Shown here piece after piece: positions 27,885-40,200 of a stretch of DNA of 64,000 nucleotides (position 1 is the stretch's first letter; the number at the start of each line of letters is the position of its first letter). A program made the translations under genes and the position numbers. Source of the DNA: Octopus vulgaris (Eukaryota); assembly GCA_951406725.2 (NCBI GenBank), contig OX597816.1, positions 56,172,001-56,236,000 on the forward strand, given 5' to 3'. The notes below the pieces were generated by a model, which was given only the letters and a program-made list of their open reading frames with translations, did no database searches and was not told where the DNA came from.

Positions 27885-29060
27885 CTCACTAATTAAAACC
27901 CATGGAAAAGAACTGACAACCAAAGAGATTGACTTTCTAATGCAAACTTTAAATGCAAACCTAGCCTCTTCTATGGTCTGCCAAAAATACACAAAAGCCA
28001 AACTATAAATGAAACCATTAAAAATTCACCAACGACATACATACACACACCTAACCCGGGGGACCTAAAACTACGACCCATTGTAGCTGGCCCAGGCTGT
28101 GAAACACAGAAACTAAGTCTATTTATGGACATCCTCCTGAAACCCTTCCTTAAAGACATCGATAGTCAATTCAGAGATGACTTGTATATGTTAAACCACC
28201 TTCCAAAAAAAGTCAAGGAAGAAACAATCATGGTTTCATTTGATGTAGTTAATTTATATACCAGTATACCTCATAATTATGGACTGGGGGCAATACAGTT
28301 CTGGCTGGACCAATTTCCGGAAGAAATACCAAAAAGGATCAGTAAAGAATTCATCCTACAAAATAACCACTTCATGTTTGACAATACGTTTTACCGTCAA
28401 AAATCCGGAATTGCTATGAGTACAAGAGCAGCACCAGTCATTGCGAACCTAACAATGGGCTACCTGGAGATAATTATATACCAGGAATCTTTATCGACCT
28501 TTAGAAACCCCCTTTCTCAATACATAAAAGAGAATTGGAAAATATTCCTGGACGACTGTTTTATACTCTGGAATGAAAACACAGATAAACTCCTAAAATT
28601 AAAAACCTATTGAACAGCGTCAACCTAAATATGCAGTTCACAATGGAGTACAACCAAAAGGAGCTTCCATTCTTAGATATACTGATTTAAAAAATTAAGT
28701 TAAAAATAGAAACAGACATATTTTACAAAATCACAGACGCCAAACAATACCTACTTTTTGATTTATGCCACCCAAGACACTAAAACAAACATCCCTTTCA
28801 ACCTTGCAAGAAGGATATGCACAATAGTGTCTGAACAAAATACCAGGAACTTCAGACTACAAGAACTCAAAAACACCCTAATTGACAGACACTACCCAGT
28901 TCAACTCATAGAGGATGAGATCAGACGTGCAAAAGAAATCGACATAGAAACTTTAAATTTTTCCATTCTATCAATGTGCTATTGGAACACCAACACAAAT
29001 TAGATTAAAGGAGGAAACATTTTTCATTGAAAAATATAAGCCTAAACTTAACCATCCTAA
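27885..29060 (+). pseudogene. PLE reverse transcriptase plus the C-terminal stub of the GIY-YIG endonuclease; frameshifted and internally deleted
   Basis: FYGLPKIHK, LRPIVAGPGCET, VSFDVVNLYTSIP, YRQKSGIAM..RAAPVIANLTMG, FLDDCFILW, LPFLD, IPFNLARRICTIVS; then jumps to FPFYQC...RLKEETFFIEKYKPKLN. Confidence 0.92.
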
Positions 29061-29218
29061 CATTCTTATACAGAGAATCTCAATCTCTTTGAAAAAAAAA
29101 AGAAAAAATATAAAGCGATTATCTCCCTTATACTGGAAGAAATCCCTGATTACCTCCCCCTGCCGGGAACTCTTCTTTGCACTTCATAAGACATGACACG
29201 ACGTAGGTAAAGAAATTT

Positions 29219-29257
29219 GAGAAATTTGAAAAGTTTACACGAAACAGGTTATTTCTC
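29219..29257 (+). ncRNA. Minimal hammerhead motif with U3:A8 core in the PLE pLTR; inverted sister copy at 27731-27769
   Basis: gagaaat-TTGAAAA-gt-ttac-ac-GAAA-c(a/c)gg-TT-atttctc; perfect 7-bp stem I; palindromic aaccggtt in the left copy. Confidence 0.55.
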
Positions 29258-29397
29258 CAAAAACTATGTTACTATACACAGACTTTTATAATATTTTTCT
29301 AACATAACGACTTAAATATATTCTTTAACTCATATATTCTTTAACCTTATAAACCACCCTTCTGTAGTTTTTTCACTCTAGTTTTTTCACTCTTTTC

Positions 29398-29429
<32 letters not shown>

Positions 29430-29604
29430 GCATGCATATATACATACGTATATACATACTTCCATCTACATGTATATATACATGCATATGTAGGCACAGG
29501 ATGTCATGAAGCATGTACAACAAAAAATACGAAGTATGAGTACATGGAATATGAACTATTTTTTCGAACAACGAAAGACACAAATGGAAAACAAGACAAA
29601 CAGC

Positions 29605-29637
<33 letters not shown>

Positions 29638-29640
<3 letters not shown>

Positions 29641-30214
29641 TCTTACTCTTTACTCTTTTACTCTTTTACTTGTTTCAGTCATTTGACTGCGGCCATGCTG
29701 GAGCACCGCCTTTAATCGAGCAACTTGACCCCGGGACTTATTATTTTTGTAAGCCCAGTACTTATTCTATCGGTCTCTTTTGCCGAACCGCTAAGTAACG
29801 GGGACATAAACACACCAGCATCGGTTGTCAAGCAATGCTAGAGGGACAAACACAGACAAACAAACATATACACACACATACATATATATATACATATATA
29901 CGACGGGCTTCTTTCAGTTTCCGTCTACCAAATCCACTCACAAGGCTCTGGTCGGCCCGAGGCTATAGTAGAAGACATTTGCCCAAGATGCCACGCAGTG
30001 GGACTGAACCCGGAACCATGTGGTTGGTTAGCAAGCTACTTATCACACAGCCACTATATATATATATATATATACGACGGGCTTCTGACAACCAAATCCA
30101 CTCTCAAAGCTTTGGTCGATCCGAGGCTATAGTAGAAGTAACTTGCCCAAGGACTGAACTCGGAGACCATGTGGTTGGTAAGCAAGTTAGTTACCACGCA
30201 GCCACGCCTGCGCC
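29638..30214 (-). mobile_element. SINE family B, full copy plus an additional head fragment
   Basis: (tactcttt)n tail at 29638; heads ending at about 30054 and 30214. Confidence 0.85.
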
Positions 30215-30568
30215 CATATATAAGTTTTTGTAAAAAATCATAATGCAATCATAATATTTAAAGCAAAAATTTTCTTAAATGTTATTAACTAATTTAAAAA
30301 ATATTTATTTGAGAGACAGAATATCACGACCTCTTTGGAAAAAAGTTTTCCTATTGTGTTTTGTGCGTAAGCGCTTTCGCAGTTCAACTTTTCAAACAGC
30401 CGTGTTCTCGGCTAATCCGGAGAGAGGAAGTTGGATTTTGTTCTTTCGCAAAGGTTCGTGATATTTAAAATAAAACTTTTTACGCAGTAAATAAATTTCT
30501 AGTAAATATTTCTTTAAATAAGTGTGTGAGAGAGAGAAAGAGAGAGAGAGAGAAAGAGAGAGAGAGAA

Positions 30569-30605
<37 letters not shown>

Positions 30606-30666
30606 CTGTGTCTTCGTGTATGCACTTATATGTATAATGTGTGTGTGTGTGAGTGTGTATATATAC

Positions 30667-30697
<31 letters not shown>

Positions 30698-30856
30698 AAA
30701 AGAGAGAGAGGGAGAGAGTGAAAGAAACAGACAGACATACAGACAGACACAGACAGACACATACATACATACAGAGAAACATAGATGTACATATAAATAT
30801 CTATATAAACATAAACATACTTATATAGACATATCTATAAAAACCCTTCACATATA

Positions 30857-30903
<47 letters not shown>

Positions 30904-30940
30904 AACTCACAGAAAGAATCTTCAAAACCAAATCTCAAGA

Positions 30941-31028
<88 letters not shown>

Positions 31029-31032
<4 letters not shown>

Positions 31033-31501
31033 CATAAGGGACTAAAGCCATCTGAATATGGCTAGGGACAGGGCAGGGTGGTGGGGGTGTTACTGTTGCA
31101 TTTAGCCCCAGGCGAACATCGACGTCACCAGAAAGGCTCGACACCGTCACGGTGCCCTTAACCTGCAAAGGGAGGTAATTCCCCGATGAAGCGGAAACCA
31201 CACACGGACCATGGTTTCAAGGTGTATTGCCTATCGTCGGCGTGTGGTAGGCTTCCGCCTCCTCGACGAATTCTCACTCTGCAGGATATTCATATATAGA
31301 TTTTCAAGCAAAATACATTTGCTGATTTCGAAAATCTGTTCGAAAGCAATAATAATTCTCTAAAAGAGATATAGACAGTAACTGCTCGATAACATAAGGG
31401 ACTAAAGCCATCTGAATATGGCTAGGGACAGGGCAGGGTGGTGGGGGTGTTACTGTTGCATTTAGCCCCAGGCGAACATCGACGTCACCAGAAAGGCTCG
31501 A
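31029..31501 (-). mobile_element. Retrozyme-like 360-bp unit (about 1.3 copies) inserted in (TA)n
   Basis: Identical 113-bp terminal direct repeat 31029-31141 = 31389-31501; internal hammerhead; no coding capacity. Confidence 0.75.
31191..31258 (-). ncRNA. Type I hammerhead ribozyme (PLE/retrozyme-like, U4C variant)
   Basis: RC: gcggaa-gcct-accacacg-CCGACGA-t-agg-caataca-cct-t-GAAA-ccatgg-TC-cgtgtg-tggt-ttccgc; long stem I, palindromic stem III, GUC cleavage triplet. Confidence 0.75.
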
Positions 31502-31503
31502 TA

Positions 31504-31534
<31 letters not shown>

Positions 31535-31745
31535 CGTTTTGTGATTTGGTTTTGAAGGTTCCTTATGTGAGTTCGTGTGTTGAAGCATATTGTGTTGTGT
31601 CTGAGGAGAATCGTTCTCTTTTAGAGCCTTATTAATTTAACACACTCAATGGTTAAATTTCCACTCATTTACTTATTTATTTTCTAAAATTTTCGTTGCA
31701 TCTTGCAACCTTTTTAATAATTGTTGATTCTGTCCGTTATTCAAT
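31535..31745. mobile_element. Short dispersed repeat (family G); other copies at about 3140-3190, 30897-30942 (inverted) and 45300-45435
   Basis: gatttggttttgaag.ttc.tt.tgtgagttcgtgtgttgaagcatatt...tttccactcatt is shared among copies. Confidence 0.65.
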
Positions 31746-32191
31746 CTGCGTTCTTTTTTTTGTTTGTGTGCATGTGTGTGGGTATATGTGTGTGAGCATA
31801 CACATGGATGTATGTATGTATGTAAATATGCACATAAGTGTGTGTATGCAAGTATGCGTGTGTGTGCGTATGTATATATATATATATATGGATGGATGGG
31901 AACTCCATATGTGTCCTTGTGTGAAGTGTGTGTGTATACGGTCATATATTTCGGTCTTCATTTTCGTATGTGTATGTATATGTGTGCTTGTCTACTCATA
32001 TTACCTGTGTACCTATCCGTCTCTATGCCTATCTGTTTACTTTCATATCCATTTGCCTACATACATGTGCATAACATATACATACACACACACACACATC
32101 TTCATAACAGCCCACTAATTATTCTACCTTTATATAAATATAAACTGTGGGTATGGGGGTATGATTACCTACTACATATATTATTTCTGTA

Positions 32192-33000
32192 GTACTGGGA
32201 ATGTTTCATTTATGAGGACCTGCTCCTGTATTTGTCTGAGTGTTGGGTCCTTCGAGTGCTTGGATAAAATGCGGATGTCAAATTGGCCCAGGTTGCCTCC
32301 ATGTTGGTCCTTGGCATGTTGGTAGAGTATGGAGGACAGTTTTTTATCACCATATTTTCTCTAATGTTCATTTAGTCTTTCCGCAATGCTCCTACATGTC
32401 TCCCCTAGTATGCCATGTTCATGTCCTTACAAACACCTTCTATGCATCTTATGCTTTAGACTACATTTCTAGTTCTACAGTTAATGCCAGGGCTAATCCT
32501 ACGTACCATACAGTTATCATTGGTGCATATGGTATTCTCAAAGGGGTACGTCCTACATAGTTGTGATCTGATGGATTTCCCTGGATTTTCAACAATCTTA
32601 ATGTTGAGTTTGGTTTCCTCCAGAACTTTCCTAAATCTACGGGCTAGTTCTCCATGTGTTGTGGCCTCTACAAATATCACTCTTTGATATTTGTTAGTTT
32701 CATACCACGTGTTCACCCTGTTTGTTTTGTCACAAATTCTTTGTATCTTGTTCCAGTCTTTGCTGCTATATCTAGAGCAGGCAATATTGGTTTCATTACA
32801 TATAATGCTATCTAACTTCTTTCTAGCACCCCTCTATACTCGAACCCTATCTTTCTGATCATAACCAGAGAACTGCATGCGGTGCATGAAGTTCTGTACA
32901 TGTTTCTTGGTTTTATTGTGTTTGCATAGTGCTGACACATTGTTCATTATCCTAACTAAGTCTGCTATCAGTATGTTCATTTTCATGTGTGACAAAGCTG
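32192..33000 (-). pseudogene. PLE remnant (RT thumb, Cys-rich linker, GIY-YIG endonuclease), Naiad/Chlamys-like
   Basis: KMNILIADLVRIMNNVS..FMHRMQFSGY..; VIFVEAT..ELARR..IKIVENPGKSI..PF..C..C..CRTRNVV*SIRC..C..Y(I)GETCRSIAERLNEH..LYQHAKDQH..PTLRQIQEQVLI. Confidence 0.85.
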
Positions 33001-33114
33001 AACAACATATATCGAAGCTATGCGTTTCATGCAATAGGAATGGAGGCGCTGCACTCTGTTGTTCACAGTCACTAACCAAAGTTCAGTATCGAGGACAGGG
33101 AGTCTATTGTTGGG

Positions 33115-33325
33115 GTGCCTCTCCAAGCCACCGATGTTATCCAAGGAAAAGGTAAAGGCCGATACAGCTTGGCACCAGTGACATTACATTTAATTTCTAA
33201 AGATGTTTGAACCGTAACAACGTGAAATAAAGTGTCTTGCTCAAGAACACAACACACAGTCCGGTCTAGGAATCGAACTTACTAACTCACCATTGTGATA
33301 CTGACCCTCTAAACACTGAGCGATG
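33115..33325 (-). mobile_element. tRNA-derived SINE (family F; shares its head with family C)
   Basis: gatgttatccaagg.aaagg...gccgatacagcttgg...gtgaaataaagtgtcttgctcaagaacacaac...ggaatcgaact; same as 54310-54640. Confidence 0.75.
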
Positions 33326-33344
33326 CTCATTTTCACAACTATAC

Positions 33345-33444
33345 NNNNNNNNNNNNNNNNNNNNNNNNNNNNNNNNNNNNNNNNNNNNNNNNNNNNNNNN
33401 NNNNNNNNNNNNNNNNNNNNNNNNNNNNNNNNNNNNNNNNNNNN
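33345..33444. other. Assembly gap (100 N)
   Basis: Run of 100 n. Confidence 1.
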
Positions 33445-33911
33445 GAGATTGTTACTTTATACTTGGAAAATCTTGAATACAGATTCCGGCAGAGAAAAAG
33501 ATCTGCTTTGTAACATTATTAGTATATATGATAATTTTGTGAAATGGAAAGAAGAGCTGGAAGGGAAGAAGGAAGGAATGAAGGAAGGGTGGCAGGAAGA
33601 AACAGAGAGAAAAGGAGAGAAAGAGAAATAATAAAGGAAGAGAGAAAGAAGTAAAGAAAGATAAAAGCAAAGAGAGAGAATGAAAGAAGATAGATCGATA
33701 GATATGTAGGCAGATAGATAAGCAAGAAGATAGACAGAGCGAGAGAGAGAGAATGAAACGAAGGAAAGAAGAATGAAAAAAACAGATAGAAAGAAGGGAA
33801 GAGATAAATAGAAAGAAACAGTGAAAGAAAAGAAAGAAGAAATGAGTGTAGAAAATAATGCGAATGTTTCAAAAATTATTCCATGAAATAATTTTCTGTA
33901 AAATAAGTAAA

Positions 33912-34045
33912 ATGTTCTTCGATTTCATTGGTTGCGTTGAGATGTTTATTTGATTCTATTGAACATTAGTAAATGATTGACAGCTGGTAGCAGAGAATCA
34001 GTGAAAATATTTCTATAGAAATGGAAGGAGAGAGATTGATGGAGT
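33912..34045 (-). promoter_or_regulatory. Inverted paralogue of the 9047-9180 module
   Basis: TGATTGACAG 33974-33983, ATTGG about 33927-33931; weaker homology continues to about 34200 (vs 8825-8950). Confidence 0.4.
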
Positions 34046-34275
34046 CGAAGAGAGATGAGAAGGAGAGAGAAGTGGGGTAGGTCACGGGAGGTGCTGTTAC
34101 TGACATCGAGATATAAATATCAGACGTACGGGAGGGGTAGGAGGAAGAAAAAAATCATATAATTATATATGTAAAGAGACAATAGCGGATAGACATATAT
34201 AGGCGTACACGAGCAGACATACACATACACACTCACACAAACACACGCACACACACGTACACACATATATGCATG

Positions 34276-34318
<43 letters not shown>

Positions 34319-34320
<2 letters not shown>

Positions 34321-34545
34321 CCGTAATATTAGCACCAAAGTGTGTTTAGGCATGAAGAATAGTTAAAATATGTTTGTGACATGTCTTCAACTGCTAAAAG
34401 GTAAATTAACTTCAGTTACAGTGAAGAAAAAATGTCTCTCTTATGGTAATAAGATGCCAAAAAAAACATTTCGACCAGTGTTGACCCCTAAATTTTGCTA
34501 ATGCCTAAACACTGGTTGACGTTGTTATCACGGTAATTTTCACGA
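34319..34545. mobile_element. MITE-like element with imperfect TIRs; interior repeated at about 35830-35950
   Basis: taccgtaatattagcaccaaagtgtgtttaggcat vs RC right taccgtgataacaacgtcaaccagtgtttaggcat; tagttaaaatatgtttgtgacat...caactgctaaaag occurs twice. Confidence 0.55.
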
Positions 34546-34638
34546 CTTCAGCGGTTTGCTGGCGCAAATATACATACATACATACATTCATATATATATA
34601 TAATATATGGCGCAAATATACATACATACATACATACA

Positions 34639-34712
<74 letters not shown>

Positions 34713-34832
34713 TGTATGTATGTATGTATGTATGTATGTATGTATGTATGTATATTTGCGCCAGCAAACCGCTGAAGTCGTGAAAATTACCGTGATAACA
34801 ACGTCAACCAGTGTTTAGGCATTAGCAAAATT
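34491..34832. repeat. Perfect fold-back palindrome centred on (TA)n
   Basis: aattttgctaatgcctaaacactggttgacg...ggcgcaaatatacatac is mirrored exactly by gtatatttgcgccagc...gcattagcaaaatt. Confidence 0.92.
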
Positions 34833-34987
34833 ATATATATATATACATACATATATTAATAATATGACAACAAGAGAATGAATGATTCCTAGATATTATG
34901 AAAATAGAGGAACTTATCTATACATATAATATGTGACAATTAGTTGGTTGTCTTAATAACTGATGAGATGCCGGAGCAGACTATGTG

Positions 34988-35110
<123 letters not shown>

Positions 35111-35602
35111 AAATACAAACTGGGACAAGAACGCAAAACATTCAGAAGACGATACAAAAAACATGGACGGGACATTCGAAGCCTTCAATCTTCAGTCAAG
35201 AACCGGATCATCCTCGCAATGTATATAATTTCAATACGGAGCAAATATTCCAGGAGAAAATATTTGCGAAGATATTATTGAATCTATCATTATCTAGTAT
35301 AACCATTAAAAATGATAATAACAGAATCAATAATATAGGCGATTGCAGGCCCCCACAAAAAGCATTAAATAGCTGAAGGATTAAAATTAATCAAAGGACA
35401 TACTAAATATGTCTACCTGCTGGAAATAACAGTCAGTCCAAATACTTGAATATATGCTGAGAGATTGCCTTAGCCCGTTTACCTTCAGATGGTTGATTTC
35501 TGTAGTTATTAGCATATTTTGGCGATTTAAATAAGAGTTTTGACTGTTACTTCCAGCAGTGGACATACTAGTATGCCCTTTGATTAATTTTAATCTTTCG
35601 GC

Positions 35603-35679
<77 letters not shown>

Positions 35680-35957
35680 ATATATCAGAGCGTTGTAGTT
35701 CGTCTGAAGCATTGTAATATCGAAGGTTAGAAAGTGAGAAAACAGCTTCTGATAAAGTTTATTAAAACCAATACATTTCTGGTGCAAAGGCCCATCAGAA
35801 GAAGAAAAGAACAGTCGCAGAAAAGTTAGGTTAGTTAAAATATGTTTGTGACATTTTTCAACTGCTAAAAGTCAAATTCACTGCAGTTACCGTGGAGAAA
35901 AAAATTCACACTTATTGTAAAAGAGATGTAAGAACACCATTTTCTGTTCAGTGTACT

Positions 35958-36580
35958 TTACTTATAGAAGAGGCTTTGCTGATCCACCGCTTCAACCCGA
36001 AAATTAACAGTCGATCGGAGTTGAGCCGGTGACTCTTATGGTAGCATCTAACAGATGGTAAATAGCTTACAACAACGGCTGAGCTTTGTTTACACCAACA
36101 CTCGAACAGCCAGCAACTCTTGAAGGGTGACTGCCACCACCACCACCACCACCGTTACTACTACTACTACAATCCCTATTTCTTTATTACCCACAAGGGG
36201 CTAAACGTAGAGGGGACAAACAAGGACAGACATAGGTATTAAGTCGATTACATCAACCCCAGTGCGTAACTGGTGCTTAACTTAACGACCCCGAAAGGCA
36301 AAGTCGACCTCGGCGGAATTTGAACTCACAACGTAACGGCGCCGTCAGCCGGGTGTTTGTTGTCCGTTTACTCCGACGCGTGGAACGTCGATTACACCAA
36401 CATTTCGAGAGCGACTGCCGCTGTCATATAAACGCTAGGAAGTCTGAATGGATTCACGGATTAACTGGACTGCTTTTTTTCCTCTAAAGATGGGCTTTAG
36501 CGCCTGAGATATAATGGTTTTATTAAAGTTACCGCATTGTCAGAAGCTGTCGTCTATCATCTCATTTTTTACATTCTTAC
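35958..36580 (+). mobile_element. PLE 3' end: GIY-YIG C-terminus plus pLTR with decayed HHR, interrupted by a family A SINE (36175-36340, -)
   Basis: LLIEEALLIHRFNPKINSRSELSR* (35958-36032); ctaaaga-t-gggc-tttagc-gcct-gaga-tata at 36484-36513; ends in (CA)n. Confidence 0.6.
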
Positions 36581-37185
36581 ACACACACCTGTGTGTGTGT
36601 GTGTGTGTGTGTGAGGTTGCACTTGGGCGCTAATGTTTCATGATCGGGTCGTCGGCGACTAAGCTGGCAACCCCATCAAGCTTTCTTGGTGAGGAGGGTG
36701 ATTGTTGGACACCCTGCAGGGGGAAAAATAAGACCTGTCAAAGGGTGGAAATGCTCATGAGCAGTCAACAGCCATCCAATAACTTGTGTACATGTGTATG
36801 CATGCAGGGGGATATGAAAACACCTGGGTTGGTGTCCAGGCGTGGGATTGGCCCACAAGGAGTGACAGGCCCCTCTGTTGCTGTAACAACATCTCTATAG
36901 GAGAGGGGAAACTGAGAGAAAACCTGCAACACTGACAATTTTCGATGATGTAGATTAGTTCTCCTTTTGGAGTTTATGTCCTCCATGTTCAGAGAGTGGA
37001 ACTGGATTTTTGCAAATCCTTTCTCCACTATAAAAAATCCTCATGCACAGGCATCACTTGTAAAAAAAAAAAAGACTAAAACATATCACAAAAATGGCTG
37101 GTCGTAGCCTTCGTATGTGTGGGACTCTTGATCAGGCAATGGCAATACTCGAACATGAGTTTGCAGCCATCATATATATATATTA

Positions 37186-37415
37186 AGGCGGCGAGCTGGC
37201 AGAAACGTTAGCACGCCGGGCGACCTGCGTAGCCGTATTTCGTCTGTCGTTACGTTCCGAGTTCAAATTCCGCCGAGGTCGACTTTGCCTTTCATCCTTT
37301 CGGGGTCGATAAATTAAGTACCAGTTACACACTGGGGTCGATGTAATCGACTTAATCCCTTTGTCTGTCCTTGTTTGTCCCCTCTGTGTTTAGCCCCTTG
37401 TGAGTAGTAAAGAAA
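37186..37415 (+). mobile_element. SINE family A, full length
   Basis: ggcggcgagctggcagaaacgttagcacgccggg...gagttcaaattccgccgaggtcgactttgcctttcatcc...agtaaagaaata. Confidence 0.85.
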
Positions 37416-37419
37416 TATA

Positions 37420-37755
37420 TATTCTTTTATTCTTTTACTTGTTTAAGTCATTTGACTGCGGCCATGCTGGATCACCGCCTTAAAAGATCTTTTTTTTATA
37501 AAGGAAGAAATCGAAACCAGGACTTATTTCTTAAGCGTAGAACTTATTATATCGTTGCCGAACCACTAGGTTACGGGGACGTAAACAGACCAACATTGGT
37601 TGTCAAACGGTCACGCGGAGGACAAACACAGGCCCGAGACTATGATAAATGATATTTGCCCAAGGTGGAATATAGTGGGATTGAACCTAGAACCATGTTG
37701 TTGGAAAGCAACTTCTATACTGCACACCCATCCCTGCGCCTACACAGCCACGCTT
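37420..37755 (-). mobile_element. SINE family B
   Basis: ttttacttgtttaagtcatttgactgcggccatgctgg...ttgcccaagg...cacagccacg. Confidence 0.75.
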
Positions 37756-38774
37756 GAATCGATGTTCTATATGGATTAAATAAAAAACTAATTAATCTTC
37801 CATTTTCTATTAAAATAGCAGATAAAAGCAAGAAAGATGTACGGCAAAATATTTGGACATACCTGAAAATGACTGTTTATGGCACCTATTTCCCGAAAGT
37901 TCATTGTTAAATCTGAAAGAAAAGAGGAAAAAAGATATAAAAAAACCATGAGAGGAAGAAACTGATATTTGGGTCATTCAAATATTTTCTATTATTTGGT
38001 CTCCATCGTGAAATATGGGTTATTTAAGATAATTAGATCCCAACATCACAGGGGAAAATCTACAAATATTATAGCGGAACATCATTAAAGAAGACGAATA
38101 AAGCACAGTTGCAAAAATGGCTGCAGTGAATGGACTCACGCTAAATATGGCTTTGTAGATTGGAGAACAGTTGGACGAGGGCAAGTGAAATGGTTAATCC
38201 TGCATCTGTGGGGTTCTTTCATTGGCCCTAGTACGAGGTTGTCCTTTAAGAGAACTGTAACTTTCATGTTCTCACTTATTTAGCATACAGTTGCCAACAT
38301 TCTTGGTGAGGGGAGCCGGATTTATAGTAATATTTCCATGTGACTGTTTACTGGTTGCATAACTAAGACTTTTTGCATATTCCAGCAGCAAATTATGGAC
38401 ATTACAATTATTATATAACTTCGAGTTTCCTGAAACAGCTGTCGAGTTAAGAAATTTGGTATTTTATTCTTAGTACTTTATATTTTTTGTTCTGTGTAAA
38501 TATGCTTGTATATACATATGTATGTGTATGTGTGCATGTGTGCATGTGTGTGTGTATGAGTCTCAATCCTAATTGTGTCTATCAGCGTCACTACCGCTAT
38601 ATTGCAGACAGTGGGTACTTTCAATTCATTCACCCAAAACTCATTCGCTCATAGTGTAGTGTACGTCATAGGAGAATAACTTGTTCCTTTTTAGAACACA
38701 CTCGACTCTGGATGGATTCGGAAGAAATAGGCAAATATTCGTTCCAGATCTCAATGTACACGGGACAAATTATT

Positions 38775-38855
<81 letters not shown>

Positions 38856-38880
38856 TTATCTATCTATCTATTTGTCTGTC

Positions 38881-38915
<35 letters not shown>

Positions 38916-38959
38916 CTGTCTATCTATTTATCTATCTGTCTGTCTGTGTATCTCTCTCC

Positions 38960-38999
<40 letters not shown>

Positions 39000-39082
39000 T
39001 TTGTCTGTCTATCTGTCTCTATCGATCTGTCTGTCTGTATCTCTATCTATCCATCCATCTATTCATCTAGCCATCCATCCAT

Positions 39083-39133
<51 letters not shown>

Positions 39134-39285
39134 TATCTGTATCAGTGTAACCGTTGGTTTACATGGCGATTCCTCGCATTATTGTAGCTGTCGAATGATG
39201 TCATCCATCTGGCTAGGTGGACAGGCAAATATACCCACTGCACAAAACGGCGAGTGCGTCACAAGTTTATTCATTCATTCACATA

Positions 39286-39351
<66 letters not shown>

Positions 39352-39817
39352 TGTGTGTACGGGTGGGCGGGCGGGCGGGCGCGTGTGTATGATGAGATGT
39401 ATATAAATAAACAATAATTGATGAAAACTTAATAGGAATGTCAACGCTGCAATGATTAATGGGCGACGTAAACGAAGAAAGTTTCATAATAAAAATTAGA
39501 TTCAAGTTGGAATTGTATCAAACTCAGTATCGGAGTAACGAGGTGTATATTTGGTCTAATTAGATTTTCTATAGATTCTCATGGTTAGATGCTTGTTATT
39601 GATGAGTAAACACATTGAAGAGTGGCTAGAATCAGTGATGCGCTGTTTTCGGTTTGGTCTCAGAGAAACTGAAACAGGTGGTTTACGCGAACAATGAGGA
39701 ATATGCGTAGTTTTATAGATTTACATATTCGGCATTTATAGGATTCGTAATACATCAAATGGAGCCAAACATAATCGTCGACAAATATACACAAATATAT
39801 GTATGCATATGAATTTG

Positions 39818-39923
<106 letters not shown>

Positions 39924-39994
39924 CATATATATATACACATATTTCTTTCTATCTCTCTATCTCTCCCTTCCACTTTCCCTCTCCGTCCCCCTTT

Positions 39995-40029
<35 letters not shown>

Positions 40030-40200
40030 CATACTTGCATACCTACGTATACATAAATACACGCATATATATATATATATATGGATATGTATGAATAGAT
40101 AGATTGTTAGATAGATAGACAGACAGGCAGACAGATAGATAGATATATGCATCTTCACATATACGTGTATGTATATGTAAACATATTGATGTGTGTGTAA

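Larger units (their letters stand above)
27612..29403 (+). mobile_element. Penelope-like retroelement remnant with inverted pseudo-LTRs, in a (TA)n context
   Basis: Arms at about 27616-27856 and 29137-29403 are inverted copies flanking PLE RT coding remnants. Confidence 0.9.
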
